Origin: a virus
Taxonomy: Duplodnaviria; Caudoviricetes
Reading direction: 5' to 3' (one strand)
IMG/VR virus record: IMGVR_UViG_3300021335_000021
Coordinates: 1-54,955 of that record
Length of the DNA: 54,955 nucleotides
The position numbers and the translations under genes are program-made. The notes under the pieces are model-generated. The model did not search any database, was not told the DNA's origin, and was given only the letters and a program-made list of their open reading frames with translations. This document shows, piece after piece, positions 46,447 through 54,955 of this stretch (position 1 is the first letter of the stretch; every line of letters starts with the position of its first letter).

Positions 46447-46473
46447 GTTATACTATAAACTAGGAGTATAATT

Positions 46474-46821
46474 ATGGAAGAAGCACTAGGAAAAGCATTA
46501 GAATTTTCTAATTTTACTGCTACGCTAAATGCACAAAAACGTATATTGCATGAAAAATATTTAGGTGATCTTGTGATCTACTCCAATAGTGGTAAGTTTA
46601 CAGTATCAAAAGAACTTTTAAATTTTTGTTTTATGTTAACTTCTACAAGCATAAACAAAACTGTATTAATAGATGATAACAGAACACCTATACAAATAGA
46701 TGATGTTAAAGAATTTATGCTAAAAGCAACTCAACATTACACAGATGCTACAAATAAGTACCTTGACGAATACAAGATTTTAAGTACAAAGCGTAGCGTA
46801 GAAGGTTTAGTTGATGTCTAA
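46474..46821 (+). CDS. Hypothetical protein (possible fibre assembly factor)
   Basis: 115-aa ORF with a strong SD. Confidence 0.65.
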   Translation: MEEALGKALEFSNFTATLNAQKRILHEKYLGDLVIYSNSGKFTVSKELLNFCFMLTSTSINKTVLIDDNRTPIQIDDVKEFMLKATQHYTDATNKYLDEYKILSTKRSVEGLVDV

Positions 46822-47638
46822 TGGCGTATTATGTTTTGCACACAATAACGGAAAAGTAAATTATTTACAGCAAGCAGAAGAACTTGCAAAGCGTGTTAAG
46901 CAACATTTAAACTTACCTACAACTTTAGTAACAAGCACTTCTAGTGAATTGCAAAATCCTACATTATTTGATAAAGTTATAGAAATTGCAGATAATAACG
47001 AAAACGTAAAACGTTACTACAACGGCACTCTTAGCCATCAAAGATTGTCTTTTAAAAATAATGACAGAGTTAAGAGTTACGAACTTTCGCCTTATGATAC
47101 AACTCTTGTATTAGATACAGATTATATAATTTGTAACGATGTATTCAACAATGCATTTAATAGTGTACACGATTTTCAAATATATAGAGATGGTGTTGAT
47201 TTATGTAACTGGCGCAAGTATGCAGAATTTGAATATATAAACGATACTGGAATTCCTTTTTATTGGGCAACTTGTTTTTGTTTTAAAAAAACAACAGAAA
47301 CTAAAATATTTTTTGATTTATTACAGCACCTTGTAAAAAATTGGAAACATTATGAACAAGTATACAATTTAGGAAGTAGAAACTTTAGAAATGATCATGT
47401 CTTTAGTATTGCTATACATATGATGAATGGGTTTGAGGACAATGACTGGGCAAAAATACTACCTGGTAAAATGTTTTATACCTTAGACAGAGATATCATT
47501 ACAAAGATAAAAAATAATACGCTTACCTTTTTATTACAAAAAGAAAAATATAACGGTGAATATGTCCTAGCATCTACAAAAGATATAAATGTACATGTAA
47601 TGAATAAGTTTAGTCTAGGAGAACTTATAAATGAGTAA
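46814..47638 (+). CDS. GT-A fold glycosyltransferase-like protein
   Basis: SPYDTTLVLDTDY (DxD) and RND..FSIA; ATG at 46814. Confidence 0.7.
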   Translation: MSNGVLCFAHNNGKVNYLQQAEELAKRVKQHLNLPTTLVTSTSSELQNPTLFDKVIEIADNNENVKRYYNGTLSHQRLSFKNNDRVKSYELSPYDTTLVLDTDYIICNDVFNNAFNSVHDFQIYRDGVDLCNWRKYAEFEYINDTGIPFYWATCFCFKKTTETKIFFDLLQHLVKNWKHYEQVYNLGSRNFRNDHVFSIAIHMMNGFEDNDWAKILPGKMFYTLDRDIITKIKNNTLTFLLQKEKYNGEYVLASTKDINVHVMNKFSLGELINE

Positions 47639-48437
47639 AGGGTATATAATGATGGCAATGGGCGATGATTATGTATTACAAGCATGTCTTTGTGCATTGA
47701 GTATTAAGAAGACGCAAAAAATTAATAATGTATCGTTAGTAACAAATAATATTGTTCCGGAAAAATATATAAATTTATTTGATAAAATTATTAGTATTCC
47801 TTTTACAGAAGAAACAAAAACTTATTATAAGACAGAACAGCGTTGGAAAGTTTTTCATGTAACGCCATACGAAGAAACAGTTTTATTAGATACTGATATG
47901 ATATTTTTATCAGATGTATCTTATTGGTGGAAATACTTTCAACAAAAAAGCATCGGTTTTGTAAGTAAAGTAAGAGATTATAGAAACCATCTTATAGATA
48001 ATGATTACTACAGGAAAGCGTTTACTGCAAATAATTTGCCTAATATATATTGTGCATTTCATTATTTTAAAAAAGACGATACAGCATTAGAATATTATAA
48101 AATATTGAATAGCGTATGTAAGAATTACGAAAAGTATTATGAGATTTATGCTCCAAAACAATCTCCTAGTCTAAGTAGTATGGATGTAAATCATGCAGTT
48201 GCTTTGTTAGATAGTGGCATTAAAGATTATACATTATCATTTGCATCATTTGTACATATGAAAAGTAAGATACAAGGTTGGTCAAGCCCATCAGATAATT
48301 GGAGAGATAATGTTCCTTATTACTTAGATGAAGATTTTAATTTGAAAATAGGTAATTTTATGCAACACGGACTATTTCATTACACTGAAAATAGTTTTTG
48401 TGAAGATGTTATAGGAGAATATAATGCATCACATTAA
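47631..48437 (+). CDS. GT-A fold glycosyltransferase-like protein (paralogue)
   Basis: TPYEETVLLDTDM (DxD) and FVHMK; similar to the preceding ORF. Confidence 0.7.
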   Translation: MSKGYIMMAMGDDYVLQACLCALSIKKTQKINNVSLVTNNIVPEKYINLFDKIISIPFTEETKTYYKTEQRWKVFHVTPYEETVLLDTDMIFLSDVSYWWKYFQQKSIGFVSKVRDYRNHLIDNDYYRKAFTANNLPNIYCAFHYFKKDDTALEYYKILNSVCKNYEKYYEIYAPKQSPSLSSMDVNHAVALLDSGIKDYTLSFASFVHMKSKIQGWSSPSDNWRDNVPYYLDEDFNLKIGNFMQHGLFHYTENSFCEDVIGEYNASH

Positions 48438-48963
48438 TATACATACTCCGCAGTACGTTTGTTTTGATCAAAAGTCTGGTGAAATTTTTAGTATAGGACC
48501 TAGCGTTGAAGAAGGTTATCAATATTTTGAAGTTGCAGAAAAAGAAATTGAACCTATTAAAACTTTCAAAGAAAAAATGACTGATTATATTGTTGCATAC
48601 AATAGAACTGCAAAAAAGTTTGTTTTGAAAAAGAATATTTTTATTGAGCATGAATCAAAGTTTATACAATTACAAAAAGCGAACGATAGTATGATGTATG
48701 ATTTGCTTTTAATAGTTGACAAAGAAACTAAAAGATGCTATATTAATACAGATATAGAACTTATTGATACTATGAAAACAACAAACGTTGACCTACAAAA
48801 AGAAGTAACCTTTAGTTTTACAAAAAAAGGTGACCCTCATGTATTATATGATTATGTAACATTTAATATTACGTCAACTGAAACGAAGCCTATTAATATT
48901 AAAGATACGTATAGTGTTTATGCTAACAGTGATATGGCAACTTGTATGTATAAGGAGTTATAA
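48424..48963 (+). CDS. Hypothetical protein
   Basis: 179-aa ORF overlapping its neighbours; no motif recognised. Confidence 0.6.
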   Translation: MHHINIHTPQYVCFDQKSGEIFSIGPSVEEGYQYFEVAEKEIEPIKTFKEKMTDYIVAYNRTAKKFVLKKNIFIEHESKFIQLQKANDSMMYDLLLIVDKETKRCYINTDIELIDTMKTTNVDLQKEVTFSFTKKGDPHVLYDYVTFNITSTETKPINIKDTYSVYANSDMATCMYKEL

Positions 48964-49883
48964 TGAAAGTAAAAATTGCAGAACTTGATATAATTTATCT
49001 AAGTTATGATGAACCTAATGCTGAGAAGAACTATGCAGATCTCTTAACTAAAGTTCCGTGGGCAAAACGTGTACACGGGGTAGACGGTAGTGACGCGGCA
49101 CACAAAGCCTGTGCAGAATTATCAGAAACAGATAGGTTTGTAACAGTAGATGGTGACAACACGATACGTCAAGACTTTATTAATCAAGTTTTAGACTTTG
49201 ATGAACATACAGATTTAGCAAATAGTGTTATAAGTTGGTGCGGAAAAAATAGTATTAATGGACTAATGTACGGTAACGGTGGACTTAAATGTTGGCCTAA
49301 AGAATATGTACTAAACATGCGTACACACGAAAATGCAGATGCAAATAATTTAGCCGCACAAGTAGATTTTTGTTGGGACATACAATACATTCAACAAAAT
49401 AGTTGTTATTCAGATGTACATAATAATGAAACCCCACAGCAAGCATGGAGAGCAGGCTTTAGAGAAGGAGTAAAACTTGCACTTGATCGAGGAAACAAAG
49501 TAAGCAAAGAAGATTTTTTACTAGGTCATACAAAAAATTTAAACATGTTATATATTTGGATGATGGTTGGATCAGATATTACAAATGGTAATTGGGCAAT
49601 ACTAGGAGCCAGAGAAGGACTTGCAATGACAATGCTCACAGATTGGAATTACACAGATGTTAAAGATTTTAAAAAATTAAATGAGTTATGGGCCGGAAGA
49701 GATGAAATGCCTGCAGATGTTTTACACGATGAAATTTTTAATTATGGAAGTGATTTAATTAATCAATTAGAGATACCTATTGCTGTGCAACCTTTAAACG
49801 AAGAACAAAGTCAATTTTTTAAAACTGTAAATGAAAATTATGGAAGAAAAATTAATAATAGGGTAATTGATAGAGAAAATTAA
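48963..49883 (+). CDS. Glycosyltransferase family 2-like protein
   Basis: DIIYLSYDEPNAE.N...RVHGV.G...AH...VDGDN (DxD), YGNGGLK and AWRAGFREGVKL. Confidence 0.65.
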   Translation: MKVKIAELDIIYLSYDEPNAEKNYADLLTKVPWAKRVHGVDGSDAAHKACAELSETDRFVTVDGDNTIRQDFINQVLDFDEHTDLANSVISWCGKNSINGLMYGNGGLKCWPKEYVLNMRTHENADANNLAAQVDFCWDIQYIQQNSCYSDVHNNETPQQAWRAGFREGVKLALDRGNKVSKEDFLLGHTKNLNMLYIWMMVGSDITNGNWAILGAREGLAMTMLTDWNYTDVKDFKKLNELWAGRDEMPADVLHDEIFNYGSDLINQLEIPIAVQPLNEEQSQFFKTVNENYGRKINNRVIDREN

Positions 49884-51262
49884 TGAAATCAGCATACAAA
49901 AAAGAAAAAGATTATCCTAAAGTAAAGCAAAAATTAGACAATGTAGGTTGTGGTTTTTGTCTTGCAAAATGGACACAAGTTACTATACACTTAGGTACAG
50001 GTATTAACCACAGTTGTCATCACGTAAAAGCACATAGAATTGACTTAGAAGAATTAAAAAATAATCCAAATGCATTACACAATACAGGTTTTAAAAAATC
50101 TATAAGAAAGCAAATGTTAAACAATGAACGTCCTAATGAATGTGATTATTGTTGGAGAATTGAAGATAACACAAATGAGTTTAGTGATAGAGTTTACAAA
50201 AGTGCAGATCATTTTAGTTGGGACGATTACCATACTATTTCAAATTCAACAGGCGATGAAGACTTTTATCCTCGATATGTTGAAATAAGTTTTAGTAACG
50301 TATGTAATTTTAAATGTGCATATTGTGGCCCAGCATTTAGTAGTATGTGGGCAGAAGAAGTAAAGCAAAAAGGTCCGTATGATATAAAAACTTGGTCATA
50401 TAATATGATTGACCCTCAAGAGGTTCCTATTCCAGAACGTGAAGAAAATCCTTACATAGAAGCATTTTGGAAATGGTTTCCTGAAGCAGTAAAACATATG
50501 AAAGTGTTTAGAATTACAGGTGGCGAGCCACTATTAAGTAAACACACTCAGAAAGTTATACAATATCTTAAAGACAATCCGCAACCACATTTAGATTTTG
50601 CAATTAATAGTAATGGATGCCCACCAAAAGATTTATGGCAAAGGTTTACACAAAGTATTAAAGAGCTCGAGCAAAGCAATGCTATACGTGAATTTACTTT
50701 ATTCACAAGTGCAGAAAGTATGGGACCTCAAGCAGAATATGCAAGGTATGGTATGGACTGGAATCTTTTTGCAGACAACATTGAACACTTTGCAAGAAAC
50801 ACAATTGGCAAAATTAGTTTTATGAGTGCATTTAACATTTACAGTTTGCCTACATTCAAAGATTTTCTTATCTGGGTGCTATATCTGAAAGCACGATATC
50901 ACGGAGAAAGCAGATGGAATCATAGAATACAAATCGATATTCCTTATGTACGTAATCCTGCTTTCCTTGATGTTAAAATTGCAAACCAACAATTAGTTGA
51001 TGACTATTTAAAACCTGCTTTACAATTTATGGAAGAAAATACTAATCCAACTGGTTATACAAAGGTCGAAACAAGCAAGTTAAAAAGGATTGTAGCAGAC
51101 GTACAACATAGATTAGATACAAAAGGATTTAAAAAAGAGCAAGAAGAAGCACAACATATGTTTGTTAAGTTTATGTTGCAGTACGATAGAAGACGTGGTA
51201 CAAACTTTTTGAATACTTTTCCTGAGTACGAAGGCTTTTATGAGATTATAAAAAATGTATGA
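49883..51262 (+). CDS. Radical SAM protein with auxiliary Cys cluster (SPASM/twitch-like)
   Basis: CNFKCAYC (CxxxCxxC) and ITGGEPLL, plus N-terminal FCLAKW...SCHH...CDYCW. Confidence 0.9.
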   Translation: MKSAYKKEKDYPKVKQKLDNVGCGFCLAKWTQVTIHLGTGINHSCHHVKAHRIDLEELKNNPNALHNTGFKKSIRKQMLNNERPNECDYCWRIEDNTNEFSDRVYKSADHFSWDDYHTISNSTGDEDFYPRYVEISFSNVCNFKCAYCGPAFSSMWAEEVKQKGPYDIKTWSYNMIDPQEVPIPEREENPYIEAFWKWFPEAVKHMKVFRITGGEPLLSKHTQKVIQYLKDNPQPHLDFAINSNGCPPKDLWQRFTQSIKELEQSNAIREFTLFTSAESMGPQAEYARYGMDWNLFADNIEHFARNTIGKISFMSAFNIYSLPTFKDFLIWVLYLKARYHGESRWNHRIQIDIPYVRNPAFLDVKIANQQLVDDYLKPALQFMEENTNPTGYTKVETSKLKRIVADVQHRLDTKGFKKEQEEAQHMFVKFMLQYDRRRGTNFLNTFPEYEGFYEIIKNV

Positions 51263-51941
51263 TATTATTTTTATAAGCTATTACGAGCCAAATGCGGAAC
51301 AAAATTTTGACGATTTGTACAATAGATTTAATACTGTTGGAGTGTTTGGTGACAGAGTAAAGCGTGTTACTAATATCAAAGGCATACACAATGCACATAT
51401 TGAAGCGGCTAAACTTGCAAAAACTAGTTACTTCTATGTAGTTGATGGCGATGCAAAGGTCGTACAAGACTTCAAATTTGCTCATACAGCAGAGGAACAA
51501 GATGTAGTACACGTTTACCATAGTAAGAATCCTATTAACGATTTAACATATGGTTACGGCGGTGTTAAACTATTGCCTACTACACTTACACGTAATATGG
51601 ATACAACAACTACAGATATGACAACAAGTATTAGTGATAAATTTAAAGTAATGAATGAAGTTAGTAACATTACAGCATTTGATACAGATGCTTTTAGTAC
51701 TTGGAAAAGTGCTTTTAGAGAATGTGCTAAATTAGCAAGTAAAACAATAGACAGACAAGATGAAGGAGAAACAAATGAAAGACTCAAAATATGGACTACT
51801 AAGGCTAATGGAAGATTTTGTGAGCATGCGATTCGAGGTGCTAATGCTGGCATGCAGTTTGGCCTTTCTAACAGCTCTGATCTTAACCTAATAAATAACT
51901 TTGATTGGCTAAGGAGAGAATATGAAGAAACAACAGTTTGA
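51255..51941 (+). CDS. Glycosyltransferase family 2-like protein (paralogue of 48963..49883)
   Basis: DIIFISYYEPNAEQN...GIHNAH...VVDGDA, YGYGGVKL and WKSAFRECAKL. Confidence 0.65.
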   Translation: MYDIIFISYYEPNAEQNFDDLYNRFNTVGVFGDRVKRVTNIKGIHNAHIEAAKLAKTSYFYVVDGDAKVVQDFKFAHTAEEQDVVHVYHSKNPINDLTYGYGGVKLLPTTLTRNMDTTTTDMTTSISDKFKVMNEVSNITAFDTDAFSTWKSAFRECAKLASKTIDRQDEGETNERLKIWTTKANGRFCEHAIRGANAGMQFGLSNSSDLNLINNFDWLRREYEETTV

Positions 51942-52821
51942 AAATTTAATTGCATCTAGTCCTGATAGAGAAAAGTTTAGAGAAAATCTAATTAAATTTA
52001 GTAACTATGAACGTAGCGATACAATGGATATTATTAGAAATATGCAAAAGTGCCAACGTAACTGGGATTACTCTAGAAAAATTTCAGAAGAAGCTATTGA
52101 TTATTTGTTATGGATAGCACAAAATAGTCCTTCTAAACAGTATGAAGCATATTACGATGTGTACTGGAGTGCTAATAGAGATATAATACAAAAAATGTCT
52201 CGATATACATGGGGATGTACTCATAGCAGAAACCCACCTAGTACGTGGAGGAATAGTCAAGCCAATGCTAACATGTATATGTTATTTGTTGCTAAAGAGC
52301 CAGAAACTCAAGAAAATTGTCATGCAGATGGCACACTTAAAGAAAATAATACTCCTGCTAGATGGGAAAATGCTTATGTAAGCATCGGTATTGCTATGGG
52401 GTTGGTTATGCATGCCGCACAGAGGATGAATCTAGTGACAGGTTGTAATAAAAGTCATGGTGATATAAATGGTGATAAATTTTGGGAAAAAACTTTAGGT
52501 ATTGAAGAAGATGTAAAAGCAGGCCGTAAAAAAATAGCATATGGAATTGGTATTGGTTATCCTCAAGAAGATAGACCTAGATGGGAGTCTGATGAAAAAG
52601 AATTAGCTATTGGAGCAGGTAATGGGAGTAATTTAGCCACAGATTTAACATTAGATAAAAACGAAAACGGCAAACCATTTAGAAAAATTAAGATTGTAGA
52701 CATTAACAAACATACTGAATCTGAGGATCCGTATGGAAATACCCATCAAATACCTCATACTAGTGATATTAAAATCAATACACAAAAAAATAGAGTAATT
52801 AATATTATAGAAATTAAATGA
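51922..52821 (+). CDS. Nitroreductase-fold (FMN-binding) protein
   Basis: KCQRNWD...IAQNSPSKQ and SIGIAMGLVMHAAQRMNLVTG...IGIGYP follow the nitroreductase pattern. Confidence 0.65.
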   Translation: MKKQQFENLIASSPDREKFRENLIKFSNYERSDTMDIIRNMQKCQRNWDYSRKISEEAIDYLLWIAQNSPSKQYEAYYDVYWSANRDIIQKMSRYTWGCTHSRNPPSTWRNSQANANMYMLFVAKEPETQENCHADGTLKENNTPARWENAYVSIGIAMGLVMHAAQRMNLVTGCNKSHGDINGDKFWEKTLGIEEDVKAGRKKIAYGIGIGYPQEDRPRWESDEKELAIGAGNGSNLATDLTLDKNENGKPFRKIKIVDINKHTESEDPYGNTHQIPHTSDIKINTQKNRVINIIEIK

Positions 52822-53663
52822 TAAACATTGTGGTAACAAGCAAACCTGTAGATGGTTTACTTTATTATAGTTATGAATACTGCGATATGCTAAACAAAGC
52901 AGGGTATTCTGCTCAAGTATTAATTATATCTCATCGAAAATTTGAGCATAGAGATTACATTGATACTATTAAGAACAAATACATACATTGTAAAAATGTA
53001 ATTATAGATTATTACGAATCAAACAAAAATGATGTAACATTAATATTAGGTCGTAGTATGATGACACTATCATGGCAAAACTTTGATGACTATACAACAG
53101 AGCAACAACAAATTTTAAAAAACGTATTTGGCGGCAAAGTAATTAGTGTTTATTCTGAAAATCATCCTGAAGGTTATCCTAAAGCACTAGAATTTTATAA
53201 ACCAAAAAATATTATAGACTTATGTGATACTGAAGTATACCCAAATGGCACCGGAAAACATTTTCAAAAGACAATTAATTTTTCTATATATAAACCTTAC
53301 GTTGAAGATATAAAATTTAAATATCTATTTTTAGGAACTAATGACAAGTATTATGCTACTGTAGAGCAAGTTTTAGATAATTTTCCTGACCATGGGGTCT
53401 TGACATATGATGAAAAATATGTTAATATAAAGAATAACAATGTATTTGTACCGGTTGAAAATCTTATGGGTATGTTTGAAACATATGTATATACAAAAGA
53501 AACATTTGATCCTGCTCCTAGGATTTTTCAAGAATGCAAATATTATAAAAAAGATGTAATTTACTTACGAGATAAAGATATGAAAGACGGAGGAAGTGTT
53601 TATTGGAAACGTGATAATAATGTTCCAGACATTAATCCAATACTGGAGGCATTAGATGATTAG
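52818..53663 (+). CDS. Hypothetical protein (possibly divergent GT-B-like)
   Basis: 281-aa ORF with ATGA coupling. C-terminal FDPAPRIFQEC is weakly GT-B-like. Confidence 0.55.
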   Translation: MINIVVTSKPVDGLLYYSYEYCDMLNKAGYSAQVLIISHRKFEHRDYIDTIKNKYIHCKNVIIDYYESNKNDVTLILGRSMMTLSWQNFDDYTTEQQQILKNVFGGKVISVYSENHPEGYPKALEFYKPKNIIDLCDTEVYPNGTGKHFQKTINFSIYKPYVEDIKFKYLFLGTNDKYYATVEQVLDNFPDHGVLTYDEKYVNIKNNNVFVPVENLMGMFETYVYTKETFDPAPRIFQECKYYKKDVIYLRDKDMKDGGSVYWKRDNNVPDINPILEALDD

Positions 53664-54729
53664 TTATGACGGATGGGATAGAGAGTATCTCAAAAATAAG
53701 GCGGCGTACTTAGATATATTTGATTCATTTATGAGTCAACTTAATTATGAAAACAACGAAAAGTTTGAAGATAAAATTAAACACTATACAGGCAGAGAGC
53801 ATGTAGTAAGTGTAGCAAGTGCTACAGATGCCCTAGGATTTAGTTTAGCATGTCACGGAGTAGGACCAGGAGATGAAGTATTAGTTACTGACTTTAGTTG
53901 GATCTCAAGTTCATCTTGTATTAGTATGGTAGGTGCTACACCTGTATTTTGTGATATTAATTTAGACACATATCATGTAAGCCTTGATAGTATCAAAAGA
54001 ATGACTACTGAAAAAACTAAAGCAATCATTTATACACACCTGTTTGGTAATATGGTTGATGTTACAGATATAATTGAATATTGTAAAGAAAATAAAATTT
54101 GGTTTATTGAAGATGCCGCACAGTCAATTGGATCAAGTTATGATGGTACAAAAGCAGGTAGTATAGGACATTGTAGTTCTTATAGTTTTAATTCAAATAA
54201 GGTAATTGCTGGAATAAACGGTGGCGGTGTCTTTATGACAGATAATGAAAGTACTGCTGACACAGTAAGGAAACTAAGAAGACACGGCAAAGATAAAGAT
54301 TTTAATATACTAGGACATAACAGTAGAATGTATGTTTTAAATGCAATGATAATTGAACAGCGTATGAAAAATCTTGTCGAAACACAAACTACTAGACAAG
54401 AAATCGCAAAAAGATATAATGATGCCTTTTCAAATTTGCCTATTGTAACGCAACAACCAAATGAATTGTTGAATCACAACTGGCACAAATATACAATAAG
54501 ATTAAAAGACAAAGAAACTCGTAAAAAAGTAAAAGATAAATTAGGACTTTCTATACACTATGAAAAGCCGTTATCAAATAATACAATGTATTTGAACATA
54601 CCGCACAAGAAAGATAAGTGTGTAAATTCTAAATTAGTTTCAGATACAATAGTATCACTACCGATTCATGCTTGGTTAACTGATGACGAGATTGAAAGTA
54701 TTATTACTACAGTAAGGAATAGTGTGTGA
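53656..54729 (+). CDS. DegT/DnrJ/EryC1/StrS PLP-dependent sugar aminotransferase
   Basis: SATDAL, GVGPGDEV, GATPVFCD, HLFG, IEDAAQS and SFNSNK (PLP lysine) followed by GG. Confidence 0.93.
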   Translation: MISYDGWDREYLKNKAAYLDIFDSFMSQLNYENNEKFEDKIKHYTGREHVVSVASATDALGFSLACHGVGPGDEVLVTDFSWISSSSCISMVGATPVFCDINLDTYHVSLDSIKRMTTEKTKAIIYTHLFGNMVDVTDIIEYCKENKIWFIEDAAQSIGSSYDGTKAGSIGHCSSYSFNSNKVIAGINGGGVFMTDNESTADTVRKLRRHGKDKDFNILGHNSRMYVLNAMIIEQRMKNLVETQTTRQEIAKRYNDAFSNLPIVTQQPNELLNHNWHKYTIRLKDKETRKKVKDKLGLSIHYEKPLSNNTMYLNIPHKKDKCVNSKLVSDTIVSLPIHAWLTDDEIESIITTVRNSV

Positions 54730-54955
54730 AAACATTTATAGATAGAAGGCACCTTGATGCTTATGACAATAACGTTGATATTGAGAAAGATTTTTTTACG
54801 TCATTAGAAGAGGCTTGGAAAGTTACACCTTCTAAACAAAACTTCATGCCTTACAAAGTTCATATAATAGGTCCAGATGCCCAAGAATATAAAGATAAAC
54901 TATACGCTATGTGTCTTAGAAATGAAGGCAAAGTTGACACCTTATCAGATGAACA
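54726..54955 (+). CDS. Second nitroreductase-like protein (partial, runs off window end)
   Basis: Not in ORF track. GTG in a GTGA overlap: MKTFIDRRHLDAYD...EAWKVTPSKQNFMPYKVHIIG, with RRx and PSxxN motifs. Confidence 0.65.
   Translation, partial: MKTFIDRRHLDAYDNNVDIEKDFFTSLEEAWKVTPSKQNFMPYKVHIIGPDAQEYKDKLYAMCLRNEGKVDTLSDE

Noticed and set aside
1-54955. Stop-codon reassignment
   Set aside because: Conserved genes are intact in code 11, and TAA, TAG (e.g. 459, 8303) and TGA (e.g. 11764) all terminate genes.

Overview
This window is a 55-kb, AT-rich, densely coding segment of a large T4-related (jumbo-type) myophage genome. No host chromosomal genes, tRNAs or CRISPR arrays were seen. In order, it holds: (1) a minus-strand head block with an acidic prohead-core-like protein, a CstII/Maf-like transferase, portal gp20 and a tape-measure-like protein; (2) a divergent gp26-like gene with an apparent -1 programmed frameshift into an ORF missing from the supplied track; (3) a basic internal-head-like protein; (4) a ~465-nt non-coding region, GC-enriched and hairpin-dense, directly downstream of a minimal GIY-YIG protein; (5) gp46/gp47 recombination nuclease genes and the late sigma factor gp55, under perfect sigma70 promoters; (6) a plus-strand baseplate/tail operon (gp48/54-like, gp53, hub, gp5 with C-terminal GH19, PAAR, gp25, gp6, a 5032-aa protein, three paralogous fibres); (7) a tightly coupled cluster of glycosyltransferase-like, radical SAM, nitroreductase-like and DegT aminotransferase genes. 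The top leads are the GIY-YIG plus structured-RNA locus, the frameshift, the late glycosylation cluster, leaderless late mRNAs and avoidance of GCWGC. All family calls come from motif recognition by eye, not database searches.
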